This document shows positions 16,351-24,991 of a stretch of DNA of 27,337 nt, in pieces. A model generated the notes under the pieces. It saw only the letters and a list, made by a program, of their open reading frames with translations, had not been told where the DNA came from and searched no databases. The stretch is taken from the NCBI GenBank assembly GCA_040830765.1, contig JBFOMH010000039.1:1-27337 (forward strand). Direction: 5' to 3'. This stretch comes from Puniceicoccaceae bacterium. GTDB taxonomy: Bacteria; Verrucomicrobiota; Verrucomicrobiia; Opitutales; Oceanipulchritudinaceae. The translations under genes were made by a program, and so were the position numbers. The first letter of the stretch is position 1. Every line of letters starts with the position of its first letter.

Positions 16351-18456
16351 CTAAAAGGGAAAGCCCACGGCGATGTGCAAAGTCCCCTCAGGATCCCCGG
16401 GGCGTGGGTCGAGGTTGTGGCCATACTCGAGGCGAATAGGTCCGACCGGCGTCCGCAAACGCAGACCAATACCGATCGAATGAAGGTATTCGCTATCGGG
16501 AATGTTTTCCCGTTCCACGCTCTGGGCGAGTCCATCCCAGAAAGCGACCACCGAAATATTGGTGAAGAGGCGCTGCTCCAGCTCGACATTGGCAAGGAGA
16601 TAGGCTTCGGCGCCGATCAGTTGTCCCTCCGGTGAGCGCGGTGAAGCTTCACCCTGCTGATAGCCGCGGACGGTGTTTTCTCCCCCGAGAAAGAAACGCT
16701 CGTTGAAGGGCAGGTTGTCGGCAACCGGAGACCGCGTGTAGATTCCGCCATAGCGGAGGGAGAGGTGAAGATACAGGGCCTTCCAGAGGGGGCGGTGATA
16801 GCTTCCGGTCAGCTCCAGCTTCTGGAAGTTGGCGTTGCCTCCAAGCGCCTCGAAGGCCGATTTCGATTCCAGGGAAAGGTCATAGCCCTGGGTCGGGTAA
16901 AGGATGCTGTCACGCCGGTCGATGATACTCCTCAAAGTAAGACTGGAGACAGTGGCCTGATCGGCCGAGCGGATGGATTTCTCCACCTGCCGGTCAGCGT
17001 CCTGGATTTCCACCGAATATTCCACCGAAAGCTCGATGTCCCGTCGTTCCAAACGCCGGGTGGCACCGACAAGGAAGGTGGTGGTGGTCCGGTCGTAACT
17101 GATTTCCTCCCTGAATTCGTGGCCGGTCCTGGCGTAGGCAGTGATTCGCTTGTCGAAGAAGTGGGGAATCACGTAGGTCAGATCGGCATTCGCCGACTTG
17201 GTGCTGACCTGGACATCGAGGTCATAGCGATGAGCCCGGTTCCACAGGTTCAAGTGCTCCCAGCGCAGGCCGACCCGCGCCCGTTCATAGCTGCCCCATC
17301 CGGCACGCAGATGCAGGGTCATCCGGTCGAGGGGGGTCATGGTGTAGCGGACGGCCCGTTCGCCAGGAGCCACTTGCCGCTGCTCGAGGTCGACATCCTT
17401 GAGCACCCCAAGGGAAAGCAGGTTTCTCCGGCCCTCCTCGACGGCCAGGAGATCGAAGGGCTGCTGCACCGAGATTTCTGCTGTCCGGCGGAGGATGGAT
17501 TGCTTGAGCAGGTCTTCCGGCTCAAATTCAATAGCAACCAACTGCGCCGGCTGTCCCCGGTCGATTCTGCAGGAGAGATTGACGAGGACGGCATCCGGCT
17601 GATCCGGAGACGCCGTCAGCTCCCTTTCAATGAAGAGGCGGGCATCCGGGTATCCGTCGGCATAGTACTCATTGAGCAGTTTCTGGCGAAACCGGCGTAG
17701 CCATTCATGGTTGAAAATCTGACCGGATTGGCCGGATTCAAACTGGGCATCAATGGGTTCTGTGCCCTCGGTAACCTGAATTGATTGATTGCCGACAAAG
17801 TAGATGGGCCCTTGCTCGATTTCAAGGATGACCTCCACTTCGCCAGTGGCCGGGTCCCGGGAAATTTCCCTCCCGGTTTCGCTGGCGTCCATGTAGCCCT
17901 TGGCCTTGAGGGCTGTGAGCAATCGGGCAACCCGGCGATTAAGGTTGCCCTCTGTGAAGGCAAGGTCGGCTTTCCGGGTAAAGAGGGATCCACTGGGAAG
18001 GAAATAGTCCTCGATCGTGTCCGGATCCAGAGCCTCGACGCCCGTCACATCTACCGAGCGATAAATGTTCAGGATTCCGGGGGTGCAGGCGAATGTGACT
18101 GAGTCGATGCCGCCCCGGTAGGACTCGATCCGGGCAACACTCTTGAAGGGCAAGGTCCAGCTGTGTTCGACATTTCGCCCGTCGGCAAATGCTATGGCGG
18201 CCTTGACGACCGGATTTGGATGACCGTCGCGCTTCAGTTGTTGCAGGATGCTGTAGACGGAGTCCTCCAGTTCCCGGGCGTCCATTATGTAAATCTCTTC
18301 CTCAAAGGCCCCGCTGAGGAAGCTCAAGCGCCGTTCCATGTCGAGGTTGCCGAAGAGGCCCAATCCGGTGACCTTAATCCGGGTCTGGGCATTTGCCAGG
18401 CTGGAGGCCAGCAAAAGGCTGGCGACTAGCGGGATCAACCATCGCCGGGTCTTCAC
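16351..18456 (-). CDS. Omp85 family outer-membrane protein (TamA/BamA-like)
   Basis: POTRA-like repeats, then barrel motifs FFLGGENTVRGY and G.GLRLRTPVGPIRLEYG, with C-terminal GFPF. The start is taken as GTG 18456: it has a GTGA overlap with tamB, GGAGG upstream, and a signal peptide KTRRWLIPLVASLLLASSLANA. Confidence 0.9.
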   Translation of the reverse strand: MKTRRWLIPLVASLLLASSLANAQTRIKVTGLGLFGNLDMERRLSFLSGAFEEEIYIMDARELEDSVYSILQQLKRDGHPNPVVKAAIAFADGRNVEHSWTLPFKSVARIESYRGGIDSVTFACTPGILNIYRSVDVTGVEALDPDTIEDYFLPSGSLFTRKADLAFTEGNLNRRVARLLTALKAKGYMDASETGREISRDPATGEVEVILEIEQGPIYFVGNQSIQVTEGTEPIDAQFESGQSGQIFNHEWLRRFRQKLLNEYYADGYPDARLFIERELTASPDQPDAVLVNLSCRIDRGQPAQLVAIEFEPEDLLKQSILRRTAEISVQQPFDLLAVEEGRRNLLSLGVLKDVDLEQRQVAPGERAVRYTMTPLDRMTLHLRAGWGSYERARVGLRWEHLNLWNRAHRYDLDVQVSTKSANADLTYVIPHFFDKRITAYARTGHEFREEISYDRTTTTFLVGATRRLERRDIELSVEYSVEIQDADRQVEKSIRSADQATVSSLTLRSIIDRRDSILYPTQGYDLSLESKSAFEALGGNANFQKLELTGSYHRPLWKALYLHLSLRYGGIYTRSPVADNLPFNERFFLGGENTVRGYQQGEASPRSPEGQLIGAEAYLLANVELEQRLFTNISVVAFWDGLAQSVERENIPDSEYLHSIGIGLRLRTPVGPIRLEYGHNLDPRPGDPEGTLHIAVGFPF

Positions 18457-21400
18457 CGTGAAAAGGCCTCCCATTCCAGGTTCAGGTTCTGGGCGTCGTA
18501 TTTGTCGTATTGACCATGGATGCGCCACCGGTCGGTGATGTCGTAGTAGAGGTCCAGCGTATCCTTGCTGGACTCCGAGACATCGCGGCCAATCTCCACT
18601 GAAAAGCGATCCCAGATACTATTGGTAGCTCCCGGATCAAAGAATCCCCGTCCGAGAAAGAGTCCCACCGAACTGAGGCTGGAACGGTCTGGGCTGCCGG
18701 TGGCGAGCAAACGGAGGATCTGGGTGTTGCTCAGGTCCGGGGTGGCGGCAAAAGCCAGGTGCGGATCTTCCAGGGTTTCGTCGATCTGCATCGAGACCAC
18801 ATAGGATGCCACCTGGCCGATGGCGTTGATGTCGAGTTGGAAGGTATCCTGACGCTCGCGAGTAATGAATACATCACTACGGGAAATTGTCATCCGTAGC
18901 CCTGGAAAGTCGATCGTGCCCTCGCTGGTTCGCAGGTCGCCGACCCAGACGGGGCTTCCGGCGGTCCCGGTGAGGTCCATTTGGATGGAGACCAATGCTT
19001 TCAGGTATGGGCTGCGCAGGCGCAGGAAGTCGTTACCGGAGATATCGACCTCCAGCTGCCAGTCCTTGAACGGTTCCCGGTCGACGCTGAAGAAGGGCGG
19101 CTGGGGCAATGCTTCACCGGCGGTCCGGGCCGCCATGGGATCGAAATCCATCAGCATGACGCTATCCCGCAAGAGCAGACTTCCGCGGAGGACAGGGAGA
19201 CTTTCCGGATCCGTTCCATCCAACTGCAGGTCAAGGTCACCGTGTATGAGAAGGTCCGGTGTGCGCAGAAGCGGAGCCCGTTCACCGGTCAGGTTTACCG
19301 AAAAGACAGGGGAGGTCGGCTCGTCCAGGTTAATGAACCCTGATAGCCGGAGATCACAGTTCCCCATCCGGGCTCCTGCCTGTTTGATCGTCAAGGCCGT
19401 CCCCTCAAGGTCCAGATCCAGATGAATCTGGTCAATGGAGGGAGAATAAAGCGTGGGCCGAAAACTGAAATCGGCGAAGTGAATGCGACCGTCCCATCCG
19501 GCGGCAGTTCGTGTTACCTGACCCTCTACGGTTCCTGTGGGACGAAGGAACGAGGGGAGCAGTTCCTCAAAGGCATGGGCCTGAAGGTCCTGCAGGGAAA
19601 GGCTCAAATCCCCTTGTTCGAGGAGTGTCTCCCAATCCGTGCTTCTCCGCGAGGCCAGGTCGAGCAGGGGAACTGTCGGGAAGTTGCCGGACGCGGACAA
19701 GCTTGCTCCGGCAAGGGTAGCCTGGAACGATTCCAAATGGACTGATTGTGCGGTGACGTCTGCTTTTAGCATGAGGTTACGCAGGTTGACTTCACCTTGT
19801 GGATCCTCCTGGCTGCCGAGGAGATTGTAGTGGTCGAGCCGGATCTCGACCCCGGCCTGGGGATTCTCCGCACTTCCTTCAGCCGTGATTTTTGCGGCAA
19901 ACACCGGGACGGAGCCAATGAAGGGTACCTCAGGAAGCTGGGCAGATAGTTCCTTGCCGATTTCAGCGGTCAAGGTCCCGGTTATGGCAGAGCCATTTAT
20001 CGGTTCCAAGGAGGGCTTGTTGTCTGAAAACCTCACCTGGACCGGGAGGGTGAAAGCTCCCTCGATGAAGGGCAGGTCATCGACACTGCCCCTGACATTG
20101 CCTATCCTTAATCCTTCCGCTCCGGACAGGCCTTCCAACTCCACGCTTAACTGTTCCAAGGCCTCCTCCGTGGACTGTGCCTTTAACGAGAAGGACGACT
20201 CAAGGAATGGGTCCAAGGCACTAATCTCGACGAATGCTTCTTCGATGTGGACCGGGACGCTTGGGCGGGTAATCCAGTTATCGAGTGAACCGAGGTCGAT
20301 GCCCCCCAGATTCATGGAGAGGCGCTGGCGGGCTGGTTCGAAGATTCCCTCAGCATGGCTTCCATTGCCGGAAAGTCTTACTTTTGAGACTGAGTCCACT
20401 GAGATGCCCTCTGCCATGGACAAGCCGATGCTGAACGGATCTTCAAGTTCCAGGTCATGGATGGAGTCGGCAAGGTGGCCTTCGGAAACAGTCAGGGTCC
20501 AGGTCTCAGGAACCGAACCTCTATCCGCATTTACCTGGAACCGGGCCTTTGCCCCTCCGTCCGACTCGACCTGTGCTTCCAAGGCGACAGCCCGGTCGTG
20601 AATCCCCGACCAGGTCCCCGAGATACGCGTTGGATGGATACCCTCAATGGCAATACAGGCAGGCTCGATGGATCCTGAATGGTTGAGTTGGTCAAGAGAG
20701 CCCTCGGCCCGGATTGTCCCCCGAACAGGATCCTCAAACTGGATGTCCGGTACGAAAGGTGTGAGCCACTCGGGACTAAGTATGAAGGCTGCTTCCGACA
20801 GTATCTGGTTGCTCGAGAAACCATAGCTTCCTGAAGCAACGGCTGAAGTTCCCCGGCCCAAATCGATCTCAAGGTCCTTGAAAATCAAGTCAGGGTAGAG
20901 GAAGCTCCCCTCCAGTTTGATGAAGGGGACGGGGATGTCCCTGATAACAAGACTTTCACCAGTGATGGAAAATTCCAACTTGGGCGCAGTCCTGTCGGTG
21001 GCATTGACAACCGCACTTGCCTGGAGCTGGCCTTCCGCCGGTACGGCAATATTTTCAGACAGATTAGCCACTAAATCGAATCGACCTTCATCAAGGAATT
21101 GCAAGGTCACCAGGGAGAAGCCCATGGGCTGCGAAAGATGGGCCTGCAGCCAATGGGTCTCAATGTCGCACTGCTTGACCATCAGTTGTGACTGGTCACC
21201 GGAGAGGGAAATGTCCGCACGTACGTCTTCCAAGGGAAAGCCGGTCCATCCGGCTTCGCCCGAGAGGTTTACCATTGCGCTGTAGGTCCGCTCCACCCAT
21301 TCAAAATCAATGTCCGCCAGCAACGCTTTCTCCTCCCAAGGGGTGTAATCCGTCAGCTCACGTGGCACCGGCCATCGGGTGGCGGAAGCCCGGATGGCCC

Positions 21401-22076
21401 GGGGATTCCACCGACCTTTGGGAAAGTCCAGTTCTACTTTCATGGGTATTCCACTTGAGAGAATAAATCCTTTTACTGGGTTCTCTTCAATGGACGGCTG
21501 AATGGTCAGTTCCACCGAGATGTCGTCCCGATTAATTGGAACGCCCTGCAGCTCATAGGCACTAGGCAAGAAAGCCAGTTGCAGTCCCAGTTCCGGTAGC
21601 ATGGAAATTCCAGCGAGCCGGCCCGACAGCTTTGACTCTTCAAGAACGACATTCCGCAGCACCAGTACAGGCGTGCCATCTGCATTCCGTATCTGTATCG
21701 ATTGTGCAGTGGTCTGTGGCGTCCATGGCATCCATTCCAGGAGGGTATCCTTGATAGGGTCCAGAAGCTCAAAGCCAGTTCCCTGTCGCTTGGGCTTGGA
21801 CTCTCCCGTGCTGGGTCGAATCTCGACTATGGTGTCGCCGACAATTGCTTGTGTTCGGGGGCTGTCAAAATACCGCTGTTTTAGCCATGGAAACGGTTGC
21901 GGAATGGTTAATTCATCGATCGAAACAGTGAAACGCGGCTGGACGTAACGGACATCGGATAAAACAAGGGTTGACCAACCCCTTGCCTCCGACTGCTCCC
22001 AATTCACATTGTAGCGGGAGGCTATGGGCTTCAAGAGTGGTGCCAGCCACAGAGGCGACAGCAACAGAATCCCCAC
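18453..22076 (-). CDS. tamB: Translocation/assembly module TamB (AsmA-like, DUF490 C-terminus)
   Basis: Over 1200 aa of repeating beta-taco-like sequence with an N-terminal membrane anchor. The C-terminus has P.LS..QIL.LLATG typical of DUF490. It is coupled to the Omp85 gene. The true start is probably upstream of 22076 (see findings). Confidence 0.85.
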   Translation of the reverse strand: MGILLLSPLWLAPLLKPIASRYNVNWEQSEARGWSTLVLSDVRYVQPRFTVSIDELTIPQPFPWLKQRYFDSPRTQAIVGDTIVEIRPSTGESKPKRQGTGFELLDPIKDTLLEWMPWTPQTTAQSIQIRNADGTPVLVLRNVVLEESKLSGRLAGISMLPELGLQLAFLPSAYELQGVPINRDDISVELTIQPSIEENPVKGFILSSGIPMKVELDFPKGRWNPRAIRASATRWPVPRELTDYTPWEEKALLADIDFEWVERTYSAMVNLSGEAGWTGFPLEDVRADISLSGDQSQLMVKQCDIETHWLQAHLSQPMGFSLVTLQFLDEGRFDLVANLSENIAVPAEGQLQASAVVNATDRTAPKLEFSITGESLVIRDIPVPFIKLEGSFLYPDLIFKDLEIDLGRGTSAVASGSYGFSSNQILSEAAFILSPEWLTPFVPDIQFEDPVRGTIRAEGSLDQLNHSGSIEPACIAIEGIHPTRISGTWSGIHDRAVALEAQVESDGGAKARFQVNADRGSVPETWTLTVSEGHLADSIHDLELEDPFSIGLSMAEGISVDSVSKVRLSGNGSHAEGIFEPARQRLSMNLGGIDLGSLDNWITRPSVPVHIEEAFVEISALDPFLESSFSLKAQSTEEALEQLSVELEGLSGAEGLRIGNVRGSVDDLPFIEGAFTLPVQVRFSDNKPSLEPINGSAITGTLTAEIGKELSAQLPEVPFIGSVPVFAAKITAEGSAENPQAGVEIRLDHYNLLGSQEDPQGEVNLRNLMLKADVTAQSVHLESFQATLAGASLSASGNFPTVPLLDLASRRSTDWETLLEQGDLSLSLQDLQAHAFEELLPSFLRPTGTVEGQVTRTAAGWDGRIHFADFSFRPTLYSPSIDQIHLDLDLEGTALTIKQAGARMGNCDLRLSGFINLDEPTSPVFSVNLTGERAPLLRTPDLLIHGDLDLQLDGTDPESLPVLRGSLLLRDSVMLMDFDPMAARTAGEALPQPPFFSVDREPFKDWQLEVDISGNDFLRLRSPYLKALVSIQMDLTGTAGSPVWVGDLRTSEGTIDFPGLRMTISRSDVFITRERQDTFQLDINAIGQVASYVVSMQIDETLEDPHLAFAATPDLSNTQILRLLATGSPDRSSLSSVGLFLGRGFFDPGATNSIWDRFSVEIGRDVSESSKDTLDLYYDITDRWRIHGQYDKYDAQNLNLEWEAFSR

Positions 22077-22273
22077 AAAAACCAGCGAGGGGATGACAAA
22101 TAGCTTGAAGACTGTGCGTTTGCGGAGTTTCAGGATCGCAATCTTGTTCCAAACAGCTCCATTTCGGCAATAGTGAAGATTGAGGATTGGCAGGATGATA
22201 CTCGCACTTCCTGATGTTTACTGGACAATTGCACCTTATTAGTTAGTTATTGGAGGTATTCCTGCCTAACCAA

Positions 22274-23170
22274 ATGACCAGACATATTTCCTTCCCACAC
22301 AAACTTCTCGCAGCCATCTCTTTCCTGTTTTGCCTCACGGGGTGGGCTAACGCGACCGAAACGGATGTCCATCCGGCAAACCTTTCCCTGCGGTCCGAGC
22401 ATGGCTGGGTGTCAGCCGGGCTCTTTTTTGCCGATTTCAGTACCTCCGCCAGGCTTGATGGGACGGGGGGATTGATCGGGACCAGTGTTGATCTGGAAGA
22501 TGATCTTGGAATGGACAGCAATAGCGAGCTCTGGACCGTCAGTGCCGGGCTTAATTTTTCCCAGCGGTGGAGATTCGAGGCCGAATACCTCGATCACAAA
22601 CGGGCCAGCCTCACCGAACTGCGCAGCGATATTGATTGGGGAGACCAGGTTATAGGGACGGGTATCAACGCCATCGCCCGGTTTGAAGTTGCCATAACCC
22701 GGCTGGCTATTGGCTATGATTTCGTCCAGAAGGACGATCGCCTGCTTGGTGCCTCAATCGGGCTCCATTGGGTTAAGTCATTGGCGGCCATTCAAGGAGA
22801 GGTTGCTTTGGCGGGAACCGTTCCGAGCGATGATCCCGGCTTTAGCCTGTATCGCTTCGACTTTGATACCGAGGCTATTTCCGATGAGAAATTGCCGTTG
22901 CCCAATGTCGGGCTCTATGGGGCTTATGCGCTCGGAAAAAACTGGCGCCTCAATGGCCGGATCGACGTTTTCATGCTCGATCTGGGCGAATGGGGCGGGC
23001 AGTTCCTCTCAGCCTATGCCGATTTGTCCTACTTCGCCGATAATGGATTTTACTGTGGTGCTGGCCTGCAATACCTCGTCATCAACGTCGATTACACGAG
23101 CAACAGACTGGATGGCCGCATCCACTACCGGCATTTCGGCCCGCGGATTGATGCCGGGGTCCGGTTTTAG
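22274..23170 (+). CDS. Putative outer-membrane beta-barrel protein of unknown function
   Basis: Signal peptide ending WANA, amphipathic beta strands, VDLEDDLGM and LPLPNVG motifs, and a C-terminal beta-signal GPRIDAGVRF. Confidence 0.75.
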   Translation: MTRHISFPHKLLAAISFLFCLTGWANATETDVHPANLSLRSEHGWVSAGLFFADFSTSARLDGTGGLIGTSVDLEDDLGMDSNSELWTVSAGLNFSQRWRFEAEYLDHKRASLTELRSDIDWGDQVIGTGINAIARFEVAITRLAIGYDFVQKDDRLLGASIGLHWVKSLAAIQGEVALAGTVPSDDPGFSLYRFDFDTEAISDEKLPLPNVGLYGAYALGKNWRLNGRIDVFMLDLGEWGGQFLSAYADLSYFADNGFYCGAGLQYLVINVDYTSNRLDGRIHYRHFGPRIDAGVRF

Positions 23171-23329
23171 GTCGCCACAAGCTTCTGTTTTTAGGGAGCA
23201 TGGCGGCTCGCAATATTTGAAAGCACTCTCTTCGGGTTGACCTTTTCGGGAATTCTGCGCATTTTTAGTGCTTCTGTAAGCGCGCTTCCGCGCAGGGTTT
23301 CACCTCACCAATAAAGAAAGACCATTGAT

Positions 23330-24910
23330 ATGTTGACTTCTCTAAACCGTTTCCCGGGCTGCAAACTCTTTGCAGCTGGATTGATGTTCCTGTCGGGGGC
23401 TGCCTTCCTGACAGCTGCCTCCGACAAACCCAATATCCTTGTCATCTGGGGGGATGATGTGGGGCTGAGCAACATCAGCGCCTACAACCTTGGCATGATG
23501 GGTTACCAGACGCCCAACATCGATCGCATTGCCGATGAAGGGGCATTATTTACCCACTACTATGCCCAGCAAAGCTGCACCGCCGGCAGGGCCTCTTTTG
23601 TCCTCGGACAACATCCTTTCCGGACGGGTCTCCTGACCATTGGCATGCCGGGTTCCGACCACGGCATTCCCGACTGGGCTCCGACCCTGGCCGACTTGCT
23701 GAAGGACCACGGCTACGCCACAGCCCAATACGGCAAGAATCACCTTGGCGACCGCGACCACCACCTACCGACCAACCACGGCTTTGATGAATTCTACGGG
23801 AACCTCTACCACCTCAATGCCGAGGAAGAGCCGGAGACCTATTATTATCCCAAGGACCCGGAATTCGCTGAGAAGTATGGCCCCCGGGGCGTTATTCGCA
23901 GTACCGCGGACGGTAACATCGAAGACACCGGCCCCATGACCCGCAAGCGAATGGAAACGGCCGATGAGGAATTCCTTGCTGCCGGGATCGATTTCGTGGA
24001 GCGTTCCGTCAAGGCGGACAAGCCCTTCTTCATGTGGTTCAACACCACCCGGATGCACGTCTGGACGCGCCTGAAGGAAGAATCAAAGGGTGTCACCGGC
24101 ATTGGTCTTTATCCGGACGGTATGGTTGAGCACGACGGACATGTTGGCCAGTTGCTGGAATTGCTTGATGAGCTGGGCATTGCCGACAATACGATCGTTG
24201 TCTACAGTACCGATAACGGTGCTGAAAAAGTGACTTGGCCGGATGGCGGTATCACTCCCTTCCATGGGGAAAAGGGAACAACCTGGGAAGGCGGTTTTCG
24301 TGTCCCCTGTGTTGTTCGCTGGCCCGGTGTGATTGAACCCGGAATGAAGACCGATGCCATTATGTCTCATGAAGACTGGATTCCCACCCTGATGGCAGCC
24401 GTTGGAGAACCGGACATCGCTGAGAAACTGAAAAGTGGTCATACCGCTAACGGCAAGGAGTGGCGCGTCCATCTCGATGGCTACAACTTCATGCCCTACT
24501 TCAACGGTGATTCGGATGATTCTCCACGGGACTCGATTCTATATTTTGACCAGTTGGGTGCCTTGAACGCGGTCCGCTGGAATGACTGGAAGGTCCACTT
24601 CGCCATGATTGAGGGCAACATCGCCACGGGGGTCCGCAATGCCCCGGGATGGCCGCTTGTCATCAATTTGAAGGCGGACCCTTTCGAGGAAATGTGGGAA
24701 GAGTCCTCCATGTATATCCGCTGGTATGCGGACAATATGTGGCTGTTTGTCCCCATCCAGGATCAGATCCAGCAGTTCCTGGCCACCCTTCCGGATTATC
24801 CCTTCCAGGAAGGAGCGGCCCTGAGTGCCGATGGAATCAATTACCGTTCCCTGAAGGCAATGCAGATTCTCAAGCAACTGGAGAAATCCGGTATCCCGCT
24901 GGGCCAGTAA
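23330..24910 (+). CDS. Arylsulfatase (formylglycine-dependent, Cys type), exported, paralog 2
   Basis: Signal peptide, then KPNILVIWGDDVG, QQSCTAGRASF, GKNHLGDRD, STDNG and GEKGTTWEGGFRVP. Confidence 0.95.
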   Translation: MLTSLNRFPGCKLFAAGLMFLSGAAFLTAASDKPNILVIWGDDVGLSNISAYNLGMMGYQTPNIDRIADEGALFTHYYAQQSCTAGRASFVLGQHPFRTGLLTIGMPGSDHGIPDWAPTLADLLKDHGYATAQYGKNHLGDRDHHLPTNHGFDEFYGNLYHLNAEEEPETYYYPKDPEFAEKYGPRGVIRSTADGNIEDTGPMTRKRMETADEEFLAAGIDFVERSVKADKPFFMWFNTTRMHVWTRLKEESKGVTGIGLYPDGMVEHDGHVGQLLELLDELGIADNTIVVYSTDNGAEKVTWPDGGITPFHGEKGTTWEGGFRVPCVVRWPGVIEPGMKTDAIMSHEDWIPTLMAAVGEPDIAEKLKSGHTANGKEWRVHLDGYNFMPYFNGDSDDSPRDSILYFDQLGALNAVRWNDWKVHFAMIEGNIATGVRNAPGWPLVINLKADPFEEMWEESSMYIRWYADNMWLFVPIQDQIQQFLATLPDYPFQEGAALSADGINYRSLKAMQILKQLEKSGIPLGQ

Positions 24911-24944
24911 GATACTTGAGGGTAGCTTGATCAGTTTCAACAAC

Positions 24945-24978
24945 GGCCGCAGGGGAAGTTATCCCCTGCGGCCTTTTT
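24945..24978 (+). terminator. Terminator-like hairpin between sulfatase 2 and moxR
   Basis: Perfect 12-bp stem GGCCGCAGGGGA-agtta-TCCCCTGCGGCC followed by TTTTT. Confidence 0.8.
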
Positions 24979-24991
24979 GGAGAAAAACATT

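Noticed and set aside
16765..17700. 311-aa plus-strand ORF, and similar ORFs at 12686-13441, 19885-20601 and 26025-26732
   Set aside because: All lie fully antisense to well-supported genes and show no family motifs or RBS.
23237..23265. TTGACC-17-CATTTT upstream of sulfatase 2
   Set aside because: The -10 match is weak, and read-through from the upstream barrel gene is equally plausible.
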